Positions 25,648 to 39,986 of a stretch of 64,000 nt of DNA are shown here, piece by piece. Made by a program: the position numbers and the translations under genes. The notes under the pieces are model-generated. The model saw nothing but the letters and a program-made list of their open reading frames with translations. It had not been told where the DNA came from and searched no databases. Origin of the DNA: Octopus vulgaris (Eukaryota); contig OX597819.1 in NCBI GenBank assembly GCA_951406725.2, positions 72,850,001 to 72,914,000 on the forward strand, given 5' to 3'. The number at the start of each line of letters is the position of its first letter. Positions within the stretch are counted from its first letter, which is position 1.

Positions 25648-26239
25648 CAAACTAAATGACTTGACATATAGCAATATTCTGTATAGTTTTATTTACATAT
25701 GTAGATCTTATGTTTGCATATATTTGTCATTGTAATGCATGTTTTAAGTTGGATTTCTTTTCCCAGGCTTCTCTGACATACGAAGCTCTTACAATTGGGT
25801 TTCTATTAAACAATAGTTTTAATTTTGTGACTCAAGAAAATATCTTTACATTTTACTTTATTGTTTTGTCATACCAAATAGATATGCCACATACAAAACA
25901 GAAAGAAATCTAATAAACTGTGTTTATATTTAGCAGGCTGTCTGAGATAGACAACATTTCTTGTTCTGCAGTTAGGTGCTCCCGTGAAAAGTTGAATGCA
26001 GGCTCCAACATGCAAGTGTACAAATTAGAGGCTGACCATGAGACAAACATGACCTTACTGATTCAACCCCAGCAATCTTCAGGACTGTCCCTCAGACTTG
26101 TTGATCATCACAAGACAATGATGTCATAAGAAATGAAAAAGCACTTGAACTAAAATAGCGCATATGTTCCACCTTTCTGGTCATGGTACCTTGAGGACAC
26201 AAACCAATCTCAAAAGTACTGGAGTCACAATAAAAAGTA

Positions 26240-26790
26240 CGAGGACAGCTGTGAAAAAGTGTCACACCCTAGCAGTAGAGGGAACCTGTGGAAGAGGTAG
26301 ACCCAGGAAGACCGGGGATGAGGGGGTGAAGCATGACCCTCAAACATTGGGCTTCTGAGACCGTTGGATATACATTGTGCTTGAGAAGACTTGGCAAGCC
26401 AAGAGAGACCGTAACCATGGCCTATGCCAGTGCAGCATAACTAGCCCTTTTAAGAGTACCTTTTAATCATTGGGCAATAAACTGCGCTTGCGAAGACCTA
26501 TTGAGGAAAGTGAAATCGTCGTGGCTGATGACAGTACAACCCGACTAGCATGTAAAAAACACCATTCAAACATGGTTGATGCCAGGCCTGCCTGACTGGC
26601 CCTCATGCCAGTGGCACATACAAAGCACCCACTACATACTCTGAGTGGTTGGCATTAGGAAGGGCATCCAGCTGTAGAAACATTGCCAAATCAGACTGGA
26701 GCTGGTGCAGCCTTCTGCCTTGCCACCCCTCAGTCAAACCATCCAACCCATGCCAGCATGGAAAGTGGACGTTAAACGACGATGATGATG
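26240..26790 (+). mobile_element. RTE LINE 3' end (ORF C-terminus plus 3' UTR)
   Basis: VKKCHTLAVEGTCGRGRPRKTGDEGVKHDPQTLG followed by the family E tail and ttaaacgacgatgatgatga. Confidence 0.85.
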
Positions 26791-27744
26791 ACACACATGA
26801 CATACAGAGAGTGAATGGACAAAACACTGGATTTAGAGAATGATTTATGCCTGTTTTGTTGGAGACATCACAACTCCTCTATAGCTGGTAGTTTAAAACA
26901 CAGTAACCAGGATGCATTGTAAACTGGTTGCTGTTAGGTATCCAGCCATAAATACTTTGCCAAAACTGGAATATTTTCCATTTTTGGTGAGACATGATCT
27001 TCCAACACATCTTAAAGTTAAGTCACACCAAATAAAAACAGACTAGATCACAATAACCCTTACAGCCTGAGCCATCATCAAAAGCTAATGTTAAATCTAT
27101 GACGATATATATGCATGCAAATACGTGTATGCATGTGTAGATAGATACAGACACATATCTACATATATGCAAGCAAAGCAGCACATTTTCTATATATATG
27201 CCCTTAACCCACAAATGAGCAGTGTCCTCAAAAAAGACAATAGTTATAAAATAATATTACAAAATCTAAAGTTTTCAGGTTAATAACGTTCCATTAATCT
27301 GAAATATAATTATGCTTTAATGATTTATCCATCCAACACTGATTCTTTTCTTATTATGCAATTGTAATCATAGAACCAGAATTATGTTTTATGCATCAGT
27401 GGCTAAATATTTAGAATATTTATTTGTGTATTTACTACACAATAACAGCAATAATTGTTTTGTTGTTTTACTCACTGGAAAGGTATTGAACTTAAGTCAA
27501 AGCCTCTCACATGCTGTCTTCACTATCTTGCTCTATCAACATAAATGAGTGGAAAAAAAGGTGGGGGAGCTTCAATGTGTTTACATGCTAGGAACAGCAA
27601 TCAAATCTCTCTCAAATCCCACTATTCCCTTAAAAAAAAAAAGACACATTGGATAATCTTATCCAAAATACACTGTCTTAAAAAAAATGAGATGATCATT
27701 TTTTTTTTTTTGCAATATATTATCATTACTATTATTAATTATTA

Positions 27745-27955
27745 TTAGGCAAATTGGCAGAATCATTAGCATGCCAGGCAAAATGCTTAGCAACATTTCA
27801 TTCAGCATTCATTCTCAGTTCAAATCCTACCAAGGTTGACCTTGCCTTTCATCCCCTCAGAGTCAATGAAATAAGTACCAGTTGCATACTGAGGTTGATG
27901 TAATCCAGTTACTCCTCCCCCCAAATCGCCAGCCTTGTGCCAAAATTTGAAATTA
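27745..27955 (+). mobile_element. SINE family C within (ATT)n flanks
   Basis: ggcagaatcattagcatgccaggcaaaatgcttag..cctttcatcc..aaataagtaccagttg. Confidence 0.85.
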
Positions 27956-28139
27956 TTATTATTATTATGATTACTATTAAATATACTTTCTAAAACGTAG
28001 TTTATTCCTTACCATAAAGAGATTAACTCTTAATACCAACTTGCCCCATATCAAACTGATTCAATAATAAAAACATCCTATTTTAAAATGATTTAAAATA
28101 AAATTTTCTATCATATCTATGTGTAAGTGAGCATGTGTG

Positions 28140-28745
28140 TGTCCTTGTTTTGACTCTGCTTGTGTAATGGTGACACTTATTTACAACCACCATGCAGTGT
28201 CATTCATCTCCAATATTCTGCAAAAGCATTATCTGGTCATGGTGAAATATTACTTGAAAACAGTTGAGGGCATCCAGCCCAAGAAAATAAGCCTCAATAA
28301 ACTTCACCCGATCCATGGAAAAGTGGGTGTTAAAATGATGATGAATCAGAAAAACAAATGAAAAACACCTACACAACATGTTTGGTTAGAAACTGTTTGT
28401 GGTAAGAAGTTCTAGGTTCAATCCCATTGATTGGCACATTGAACAAATGTCTTCTACAATAGCCTCATATCAACCAAAGCCTTATGAGTGAATCTGGTAT
28501 ATGGAAACTGAAAGAAGCCCACTGTGTATGTGTGTGGGTGTGTTTGTGTCCACCACCATATGGCAACTGGTGTTGGTTTGTTTGTGTCCCTATAACTAAG
28601 TGGTTCAGCAAGAGAGACCAATAGATAAAATACCAGATTTAAAAAAAAAAAGAAGTACAGGGGTCAATTCATTTGACTAAAACTTCTTCAAAGGCAGTGC
28701 CCCAGCATGACCACAGTCAAATGGCTAAAACAAGTAAAAGATAAA
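28140..28745 (+). mobile_element. Family B tail (about 28140-28345) and family A SINE (about 28395-28745)
   Basis: Motif match. Confidence 0.75.
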
Positions 28746-29659
28746 CGATATTGTCTGACATATATTTCAAAATCGACTGAAGCAGATACTGAAATGTTAA
28801 TTTTTTTTTTTCTTTGACAAATTTAATGATTAAATTTCAGTAGAATCAGATCATTCTGAATTTCTCTCAACAATAGACACTAGAATTCAAAAGCTCATCC
28901 ATTTGACTGGCAGAAAACTTGATGGCATTCAACTTAGAAGGATTCGACAAACTGCTTAATTCAACTGATTTACAATAACTTAATCAATCAAGAAAACTTG
29001 CCCAAAATGTTCATCATACGCTAGTATCGCAAATGTAATTGATTCTAAATGCAACAAAATCATTCTCTGGAATACGAATTGAACGGAATTTAAGAAAAAA
29101 AAACTATTACTGCATGTTGCTTTAAGCATGGAGAAAAATCAACCTTTCCTCTTGGATACATATTGGATATTCTTGTTTTCATTTCCTTTTTTCTTATCCA
29201 AGTTATATAACCAACAGCCCCTTATTTCTCTGCAAAAGTGTAAGAAACTAATATCAACAAAACATATTTTTAGATACTATATTAAATTCTATAAATTTTC
29301 TATTGTACTGTATCAGGTTCTTATATGTTATATCGTTACTATTATGAACTTCAAAACTGAGGTAGTCTACAACACTAAAGATTGAAGTTGTAAGAACCCT
29401 GATATATAAACACCCTAATCCTTGGACATATTTAGACCTTATAACAAAAAAAAGGAAAGTATCTACATTGTAGTTTTAGCACCAATAAAAATAGGAAGAT
29501 TCTAGGAAATGTTACAACAGAAAGTATATATGAGTCATAAAAAGAAGACTTTATGAGAATTTGGGGCATTTAACAAGGATATGACACAGATCATTGTTTT
29601 AATTGACATGAACAGGATTCCATTATTATTATTATTATTATTGTTATTACATTTGTTAT

Positions 29660-31120
29660 GAAGGTAGTGAACTGACAGAATAGTTAACAAGCTGAGAAAA
29701 ATGCTTAGTATCATTTTGTTCGTCTTCAAATTTCGCCAAGATTGACTTTACCTTTCATGATCGATAAAATAAGTACCAGTTGATCACTGGGGTTGATGTA
29801 ATCTAATTATTCACTACCCCAAAATTGCCAGCCTTGTGTCAAAACATGAAGCCATTATTACATCTATTATTAGAGTCAAAAGAAATCCTCCTCTCTCTTT
29901 CATGGAGACCAAGTAAACCAGACTTAAGTAGTTACTGCAGTGACCTTAACTTTTTTTTATAAATCTACAAAGAAAAAATAGAAGGGGAAATATTTATTTT
30001 ATGCTGTAGACCAATGCCACAAATCTTACCCTGCTAATCAGACCAATGTTCAAATCTTTTCCCAAAACTATTTTTTAATATTTCCAGTTTATCGATTTGC
30101 ACTTTTCTACTTATAATCTCCCTATTATTCAAACGTTTACAATGTGAGCAACCAAATTTTGTTTTTATACATATATATATAAGGTCAGGTCAGGGGATTG
30201 TCAGAACTGTTAGAGCATTGTGAAAAATGCCTTGCAGTATTTGTTCTGATTCTTTACAGAGTTCAAATCCTCTCAAGGGCTACTTTGCTTTCTATTGCTC
30301 TGTGGTTGAAAAATAAACACCATTCAAGTACTGGGGTTGATATAACAGACTAACTTCTCCCCTCAAAATCACACCATCTCGTACCTCTGTTAGAAATAAT
30401 TATGAAAAATCAAACCAAGGAACATAGCTGAAAGAAGACACTTACCCGGGTTAGGGTAATCTTGGGTCTGTGGGGTTGTTTGCCTTGGTCCCTATATTGA
30501 GTTGCTGTCCCTAAACTGGAACACCTCTTTTCATATCTTTTGCATATTTTTCTTTCCTCTTTTCCCTATATACCAGCAACCCTGTGCAACCCCAACTCCT
30601 GCTGCTTTTCTAATTAGTCCTTGAATGTTCCCCCATTAGTCACTCTTGTGGCGAACAAAGAAAACCATTATTGTAATTATTCAGGCAGTGAGCTGGCAGA
30701 ATCAGTAGCATGCTAGACAAAATGTTCTGCAGCATTTCTTCCAGGTTTGTATTCAGAGGTCAAATTCCACCAAGGTTAACTTTGCCTTTCTTCCTTGCAG
30801 GGTTGATAAAATAACTACCAGCTGGGGGATTAGAACTGATGCAATCAACTCATCCCTTCTCTTAAAAATTGCTGAAATAATTGAAATTATTTTAGTTAAT
30901 TAAGACAGAGAGCTAGAAGAATCATTAGTTCACTGGACAAAATGCTTAATAACATTTCCTCTGGTTTTACAAACCAAGTTCAAACCTTGCCTTAGTCACC
31001 TTTATCTTTCCTCTTTTCAGGGTCAATAAAATAAGCACCAGTTGGGCACTAGGGGTTCAACGTAATTGATTTATCCTCTCCCACTATAATTGCTGGCTTG
31101 TGCCAAACTTGAATGAATAT
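29660..31120 (+). mobile_element. Four co-oriented family C SINEs (about 29660-29855, 30180-30400, 30682-30880, 30900-31120)
   Basis: Each has an agaa..ttag head, a gttcaaa B-box region (partly lost in the first copy) and an aaaataa..acca central motif. Confidence 0.75.
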
Positions 31121-31561
31121 TTATTACAACCACAGATAACATGATCTATTTTTGGTATCAATGTTCCCAGAACATAAAAATGTGCAGTTAATACCTTTGA
31201 GATTAAATATATAAAAGTAGCTGAGAGAGAGAGAGTGTCCCATCACCACTTGATAACCAATGCTTGTTTACACCCCTGTGACTTAGATGTTCAGCAAGAG
31301 AGACCAATACAATAAGTACCAGACTTTAAAAACAATAATTACTGAATTCAATGCATTCAACTAAAAGAATTCTTCAAAGCAGTGCCCCAACATGGCCAGT
31401 CTGATGACTAAAACGAATAAAAGATAAGAGATGAAACCATTTTCTCAGTCGAGCATCCACATTCTTGTAGATAAAAGGCTGTTGTCTAGAGTCTACTGCC
31501 ATCAGCATAACTGCTCCACTACAGAATGACGATGATATAATTTAAATGGTATTCATTTCAA

Positions 31562-31890
31562 CATTATCATTTAAATGTTCAAGTTCCATGTTGGCAAGGG
31601 TTGGATGGTTTGACAAGATCCAGTGAGCTGCGGAGTTGTGCTAAGCTCCAGTGTCAGCTTTGACACTGATTTCTATGGCTGGATGCCCTTCCTAATACCA
31701 ACCACTTTACAATGTGTACTGGGTGCTTTTTGTTGTGCTATTGGCACCAATGATGTTGCCAAGTAATTTGCAAGACAGAAAAAAGCCACCACTACTGAAT
31801 GAGGGAAGTGTTCAAGAGAAGGAAGTGGCTTTATGCCAAATGTTAAAAGGCTGAAGTATGATAGAGAGAGACAAGCATAAACGCCTTGCT
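31562..31890 (-). mobile_element. RTE-type tail repeat (family E)
   Basis: ttctatggctggatgcccttcctaataccaaccac. Confidence 0.75.
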
Positions 31891-33664
31891 ACTCTACATC
31901 ATATAAAGGAGAGTAGTTAAAAAGGAGATAAAGATAATAGTAATGGGGCACCAAAGCATTCATCAGAAATTCACTTCAATGGAATCAGATATTTTTTTAT
32001 GCAGTAAGCATTCATGAACAATAGCTCTATTGGAAATCTGAAATCAAAGGAGGTAGGCAGAGAGCTTCAACAAGAAAAATGTCTTCCTTGCCCTACTAGT
32101 CCACTCTACCATCATGTTTGTGATATCCAAATATTTTCTTGTTGGTTAAATTGTGCAGTATACCATGAAGTTGGTCTCCAACCTAAGGCTATGTGAAGTA
32201 ATCTTTTCCAAATATTACCCAACCATCAGCATCAATTCCATCTTTGCATGGGCCAGATGAAATTTGTTGAGGTAGATTTGCTGCTAGATCTCTTTGCTGC
32301 CAACCTTCATCTTTCATAAGTATGGTAATATTTCCCTAAAGCTAAATACTTTTTTTTTCATCTGAAGACTGGAACTGAATGACATTGCTTGTATGGTGGT
32401 GGCACAATTATTATGCAATGTCAAGGCAAGGACACACACACATATAGTGAATTAAAAGTAGTGCCCAGTTTCTGGAAAGTCCTATCTTTCTTTGTTGTTT
32501 TGAAAGTTATTACTGACAGTTTTGAAAGGTACTAAATTTGGATTATGTTGTATATACTCTTTGATATCTCAACCTGCAAAACAAGATTTAAAAGTCAAAA
32601 CGTATCCCCCAATTGGAAAGTCATACATATCAACCTTAAAATAGCAAGTGGGTGCTGCTTTTGACTTACCCTGTATGTATACAGAGAGGGGGGGATTCTT
32701 TCAGTTTGCATCTACCAAATTTATTTGCCCAAGGTGCCATGCTGTGGGACTGAATCTGAAACCATGGGGTTGGAATGCAAATTTTTTAACTACACAGCTA
32801 AATCTGCACCATACCCACCCAATTTTTGTATTGTGCATGTGTTTAAACATCCTTGGTTTCTCGCATCAAACTGGCATTAATTCAAACTTTGGTAAATCTA
32901 TTTGGCTTTAATTTTATTCTGGAAGAATAAAAATTTTGTTTTTTCAAAATATTCAGGTGTTTTGAGCTTTAGTTTGCATTAGCCATCATAGTAAAGGCTA
33001 AGCTCCAGCTTAGCCTTTTAAAGTGAAGGTTCAATCGTGGGTGCCACACAGTTATCAGTGAGCTAAGCTTACAGCTGGATTTTCATTGCTAGCTAGAGTT
33101 GTCTGTTGCCAATATCCGTGGAAAAGGCATCAACATCACAATTCTCCAGGTCAAGACTGCTGAAGACAAATCAGTCTGTGTAGAGAAATCATTATTTTCA
33201 ATTGTATAAAATTATAAAGAAACAAAAGAAAGCCACAGCAGAATGATAGTGATAATCAATATAACAGACTTCATCAAGTGAAATCCTGTTGGGAACAGTG
33301 TCCTAGCAGAAAGTTACAATAAATATCAATAATAATATCATTAGACTTGCTGAAGAGACTGCTATGAAATACTAAACATTAGCATAAGAATATAGTCATT
33401 TGTCAGTTTTACAACAGAATGAGTGAATAAAATTGAAATTATATTCCGTGTTAAGTATGTTGAATTGTAAATGGCACAGCAAGCAACATGCTTCAATCAT
33501 CAACAAAAAAAAAACCTATCAAAGATTTATAAATTTTTTTTTCCCCGTAAATAATTTTGTTTACAATTTTACAGTCAGGTTATTTAATATATTTAAAAAG
33601 ATAAATAAACAGGCAGCACTTAAATTCAGGGAGGATTAAATTTTATGTATATTATACAACCTTA

Positions 33665-34320
33665 GATTGGGTTGTCAGATTAACTTGTTCATTTCTTTTC
33701 AATACATTTTTTTTGTGTTTTTTTTGGAATTGACATGAAAAATATTATTGTAGGGTTTTATGGTTCTTTATAACTCTCTTCTCCCTCTACAACTTTTGTT
33801 TATTGTTTTTGAAATTTGAGTAAATTCTACCTCTTTTCAGATATATAACAATGGAGTGTTAAATAGAAAAAAAAAAGGGGGAGAGCCTTTTCAACACCTT
33901 CACTTTCAATCAAGCTGTCAAAGCTACTCAAGACATTTCTGCAGTGTATAGAGGAGGTACTAATACCAAATGAGCTACATACAAATGGTTATCATGCTTC
34001 AAGGAAGAGAAATTCAATCTCACAGACTCTCTACATTCTAGCTGACCTGTTCAGTTTAATGAGGATATCCACAAAGATTCACATCAATACACTAGGGAAT
34101 TGGCCCTGCAGATGGGATGTTCTCATGATACCATTGCCAACCAACTCTACACAATGAGTAAGGTCCAAACAACCAGATCAGGCCTTTCCCAATGACATTT
34201 ACTGACCATCTCATCAATAACAGTATCCTAAAGACCAGGCTTCCTCTTGAGAGTGAAAAAATATTTTCAACAGTGCACAGTTGCTGTCCCTCTACAAGAC
34301 ATGTGCAGCTCACTTGTAAA
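33665..34320 (+). mobile_element. mariner (DD34D-type) transposase N-terminal fossil
   Basis: TIR-like attgggttgtc. HTH-region translation ATQDISAVYRGG..YKWLSCFKEEKFNLTDS..PVQFNED..HQYTRELALQMGCSHDTIANQLYTMSKVQ, with stops. Confidence 0.75.
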
Positions 34321-34388
34321 TATTACTCATAAGGTCTGAGGTAAAGCAGCTTTTACACACATTTTTGAGAATATAAAATAAATATATT

Positions 34389-34685
34389 GTGCAGATATGA
34401 GCAGAATATGGGAACTGGTATTAAGGAAGGATACAAAAATATTAGGTTTATAAACCCTAAAATTCACTCTATAATTGCCAATGGCAATATACTGTAGTGG
34501 CTAAGAGCATGGTCTACTAACCCCAAGATTCCGAGTTCAATTCCAGGCAGTGCCTTGAATAAATATAAAAAAAAAACAACCTTAGGAATGAGAACCCAGG
34601 GTTGGGTTCAAAATTCCATCAGGATGAAGAGTAAATCAGCCAAAACATTGTGGTAACAAAATGAGGACACATCCATCCAAATTAA
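34389..34685 (+). mobile_element. Second, more decayed Penelope-like 3' end with tRNA-like module
   Basis: Colinear with about 24150-24460 (gtgcagatatga..attaaggaaggata..aaattcactc..ccgagtt..ttccaggcagtg..ccttaggaatgaga). Confidence 0.7.
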
Positions 34686-36959
34686 TTGTCAAATTAATTA
34701 ACAGACTTCTCTTTCCAGCTGGAGTAGTCATGTATCTCCACCATGGCTAGACACCTGTTTCTGTCCTACTTTCACACATTTGCCTCTCATGACCTAGCTC
34801 AAAGCCATCTCCCACAATATTGCATCCCAGCTCTGTCTTCTTAGTTACTTAGTGCTAGTGCCATGAAAAAAAAAGCACCTGGTACACTCTGTAGAGAGGT
34901 TGATGTTAAGAAGAGTATGACAAAGCAGACACTGAAGCACGACACTTCACTGTGGCTCATCAATTCTTGTCAAACCATCCAACCCATGTCAGCATGAAAG
35001 AAGGATATTGAATGATGACAAAACTCACCAACACACTATAACCGTTAGATCATGAATGTGCTCCTTCAACGGATCCTTGTTCCTCTGAGCTACCAAGTTG
35101 TTTGCTATCACCTACAAATCCTACCCACTCTCCACTTGCTCCTTAGTTTACATCATCTGAAAAGATCAAGACTAAACACTTGTAATTCTCCCTAAAAGGG
35201 AAACTACCTGGAATCCCCTACCAGCCCGCATTTCCCTTACAGGTATCAACTAAAAGGATTCGAGTGAAACATCAATTGTATTGACCCCACCAATCAGTAT
35301 GTGCCTATAAAAGCTACATGCACTGCCCTTCTCTTTCGCATTAAAATGATATGTGTAATACCAAGGCGTAATCAAAATGATCAATATCAAGCCCTGGCAG
35401 CAGTCTATGTGGTTCTCCAAGTGGCTGACAAACAATTTTGAGTATTCTAACCGAATCTAAAGGAGCATAGGTAATTTAAGGGTAAAACTCATTAATTTCC
35501 AGCCAGATACTGATGCGATAACGAGTATTCATCAAATACATATTTCACTTTAAATATTCTGACTATATCAATATAATAATATCACTGAATTTTTATTATC
35601 TTCAACTTTATTAAGTTCTTCAATTAAATTTCTTTAAAATATTTCTTATTAAAAAGCTTTTCTGGCCCAAAAACTGAAGGAATTATTGTTTTTAAATCAA
35701 GAAGTTTTTTTTTATTAATTATATTCTTTAATTTTGATGAAGAAATTTACATGATGAGGATGAATTAGTTATCAATGAGTTCAAGAATACATGAATGACA
35801 CAAAAAGTTGGCCAACTCCTGAATTGGACAAATCTGCAACATGTTCACTATGTAATATTTGTATTGAAATAGCAAAATTCCAATAACATGCATTACAAGT
35901 CATATCAACCACCAAACACATTCTTTTACAAAATACATGTTGCCTCCCCCATCCACCCACACACATTTTTTTGGTTTATTTTTTGAGAAACAACAATTTG
36001 TGTAAGAATCTGACATCTAGCTTGCTCTTCTAGATTGCCTCTTAATGATCACATGATTCCAATATTGGTACACTTAGTTCCACTTCAAAATATCATTACC
36101 CTGAAGCTGACTCACTCCATTCATACAATACTGAATATATTGGTCTTTGGCCAAAGGAGGAAAAATTCAATGTTAAATGATAATGAGATTTGTACTGTTC
36201 TTGCTTATACATCAACATATGATAGAACATTCTTTAGATTTGACAATTTTACAGAATTTTCTGCTCTTTTCAACTTGCTCAGCCACCTTTTTATACTATC
36301 ATCATCTCTCACATGTGCTCAGATTCAGTCTTAACTATTCTGCCCAATACTCTTTCACACATGCTTCCTCCCCAAATTTCTCTATGTTCACATTTTCCCC
36401 TCTAACTACTAATAATATAAAAAGATTCAAAATATTCTAGGAAGACACATGGCTCAAAAGTAGGACGTTAAACTCACAATCTTAATGTTGTAAATTTAAT
36501 TCCTGAAGCAGGTATTGCATTGTGTCTTTAAGCAAGCTACTTCACTTTACTTCACATTAGTCTGCTCGGTTGGAAATAAATTCCAACTAAATACTGGTGT
36601 AGCCCTCTCTCTCTTCAGTTGTCACTTTCTGAATGTTTTCTTGGATCAATGAGAAGGGCATCCAGCTGCAGAATTCTCCCCTAACAAGGCTTGCCCAACC
36701 CATGCAATGCTGAGAGATAATAATGTAAAGGTGACAACAATGGCAACAGAGATAGGACCTAATAAAAGACAGTCATTGATGAAAGTGTACAATACCAGCC
36801 GTGAGCACATTGTAGGATTTCAAGAAGATAGAATTTTGTCATGGTTTTAGTCATGATTGACAGAAAAATCATTACTAAATAGGAGCAAGTTATTATGATT
36901 TACCATATTTTCCTGTCAATACGTCTCCCAAAATATGGAGACAAATGTTATAGATATCA

Positions 36960-37860
36960 TCATCATTTAATATCAATGTCCCATATCGGAATTCATTGAA
37001 TGGTGTGACAGGATCTGATGGGTCCAAGGACTGCATCGTGCTCCAGTGTTATTTTGGCATGGTTACTATGGCTATATGGCCATCCTAACACCAATCACTT
37101 TTACAGTGTGTACTGCCTTTTTTTATTATTATTATTTTGAGTGCCACTAGTACTAATGAAGTTGCCATGCAGCTTGCAGGACTACAAACCTCAAGAGAGG
37201 CAACTTTATGCTAAGAGATGAGGGGTCAAAAGTATGAGACAAGGGCCTAGATCAGAACAGGTTTCTTGCTATAGAGGAGCCACATTGCTACTTATATTCT
37301 AGAAGAGGAATGAGGAAGAAGAGAAGAGATGAAATACACATTTGCTGAATAATCCAAATTAACAAAATCATCACAAAAAAAATCTCAGCAGAATCAATGA
37401 TATTAAATATAAATGACAGGAAATAATGATAACAAATAAAAGGTCTTTCAAAGAGTTGTATTGAAAAAATAATCTGTATTTTAAAATGATACATATATCA
37501 TCATCATAATTTAACATCCATTGTCCATGCTGGCATGGGTTGGACAGTTTGACTAGGCTGGCACGCTGGCAGGCTGCACCAAACTCCGGTCTGATTTGGA
37601 ATAGTTTTTTTACAGCTGGATGCCCTTCCTAATACCAACCACCCTAAGAGTGTAATGGGTGCTTTTAGATGCCACCGGCACAGGTGCCATTTGCGTAACA
37701 CCAGGGTGCATTTACATGCCAATTTGCATGACACTGGTATCTGCCATGATGCAATTTTGTTTGGCTTAATGGGTCTTCTTCTCAAGCACAACATAATGCC
37801 TAAGATCTTGGTCATTGCCTCTGTGGGGCCCAACATTCGAAAGGAACTCCACCACTCTGT
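36960..37860 (-). mobile_element. Two family E / RTE 3' ends (about 36960-37290 and 37497-37860)
   Basis: Both begin with a (CAT)n tail; the second extends into RTE coding-like sequence (reverse complement FRMLGPTEAMT). Confidence 0.75.
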
Positions 37861-38384
37861 TTCCAATACAAATCTATATTGCTTCTCATAAAGTGGCAGG
37901 GAACTCTACAAGACTTATAACCGAATATCAAATTTATATACACAAAGAACAATCATGATTGTATGGTTAAGAAGTTTGCTTCCCAACCACATGATTCTGG
38001 GTTCAGTTCCACTGTGTGGCACCCTGGGGAAAGTGTCTTCTATTATAACCCTAGGCAAACTGAAGCCCTGTGAGAGAAACTGAAATAAGCCCTCTGTGTG
38101 CATGTGAGTTTAGATATTCTCTGAATGTTGCTTGTGATGACTCAGTAGTCATCACTTCTGTTGACAAATCATCCACTGGCTCAATACCTTCAATGATGTG
38201 TAAATAAGAGGTCTTTTACTTGAAAACTAGCTAAGGGTTAGTAGTAGGAAGGTCATAGAACTGTTAAAACAATGCCTCAATAATATACTTGTCTAACCAA
38301 TGCTGACGTGGCAAAATGGACATAAAAAAGAAACTAATGAAGGCAAGCACGCATACACACACACACAAATATATTCATAATAAT

Positions 38385-38580
38385 GATTTAAAATTTTGGC
38401 ACAAGGCCAGTAATTTTGAGGGAGGAGATAAGTCGATTACATCAAACCCCAGTTTTCAACTGGTACTTATTTTATCGACCCCAAAGGGATAAAAGGCAAT
38501 GTCAACCTCAGCAGAATTTGAACTCAGAACAAGAAAATGGATGAAATACCACTAAGCATTTTGCTTGGCATGCTTAATTC
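38385..38580 (-). mobile_element. SINE family C
   Basis: aactggtacttattttatcgacccc..aaaggca..gaatttgaactcagaac. Confidence 0.85.
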
Positions 38581-39986
38581 ATAACACCACCACCACAATG
38601 CTGCACGCACCCAAGTAACATGGAATGTAGCAAGTAATGCAGTAGAAATTTGCCTGAACCAACCAAATGTTGAATAAAAATGTATAATGAATGATAATAA
38701 TAATTTAGTCTGTGTAAGATGACAAATGAAATACGTGTTCAACCTGTAATCACACAGGTGTCATTTCATTGAATTGGACCATGACAAGGATATAATGAAT
38801 CAAACACCTGACGGGATACATAAGAACATAGAAGTCTAATTATTGAAAGCTCCCTGCCAGCTGTTTTATTGACTAATAAAAAGGTGAAGCCAATTCTGCC
38901 AAGTAAATTTACAAAAGTTATTTACAATAATTGCTATGAAATTTCTCAATGTAACTTGGTAATAATGGTATATTATTTTTTATTATTTTCTACCTCACAT
39001 TTAAAGCTACATAAATTACTCAATTTGAACAAAAATAAGGTAAAGGAAATGGAGTGTATTTGAAGAACATGGACATATGCAGGTGTATCAAACTCACTCA
39101 TCACAAGGCTTTGGTTGGTCCAGGGCTATAGAAGAAGACACTTGTCTAAGATGTTGCATAACAGGACTGAATCCAAGATCACATGGTTGGAAATCAAGCT
39201 TCTTACCCACACAGCCACACCTACAGTGCTCACTCACTCTAAGGGTTCCAGTTGAAAATATTAAAGGGTCATATGTTGAGTTATTTACTCAGTTGGTGAG
39301 GGACTCCAAGAAATGATCCACTTCCTCTAAATAATGGCTCTATTTTGTATGCAAAGAAGCCAGTCCTTTTGCATAGTCCAGCTTTCCTTTACTGGTCTCC
39401 TGAATTCTTGGCAGAACCTTATTTTGTATTCAATATCGTCATATTTTTAACTTTTTTCTTCTTTCAGTTTTTTTTTTTTTTTTTTGCTCCTATATCCTAT
39501 TTTAGAGTTGTCAGTCTCATAAGAATCAGTCTTTCTTATCCTGATATTGAAAATTATGACTAAACAAAAAAGAATTGATATCAGAATAAGAAAATACCTG
39601 ACAAACAACAACCTCACAAATAATAAATAGTAAAGCCTCATGAATTCTCTTGCTCTTTGGAAGACCAAGCCCAAGTGACATCTCACATGTTCATACTACA
39701 GAGTAATTTTTAATGAAAAAGAAGTGAGATAATTAAGTAATATATCAATCACATTTAATTTTCTATTCAGCAATGCAAACTGGGAAAAACATAACTTGAG
39801 AAATATTAAACCATGACATTCTTGGTTTCACAAACGTCCCTCTAACACCCATATGAACTTGGCATCAAGACTAATATTTGGCCAAGTTGAAAGGTGTTGT
39901 CCTATGGGTATTTAGTGACACCACCAGTGCTGGTGCCACAGAAAAAGCACCCACTACACTATGTGAAGTGGTTGGCATTAGAAAGG

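Noticed and set aside
30440-30680. Possible L1/Tx1-type 3' end or minus-strand exon donor (cttacc)
   Set aside because: Only a pyrimidine-rich tract and a tail-like end; too little to classify.
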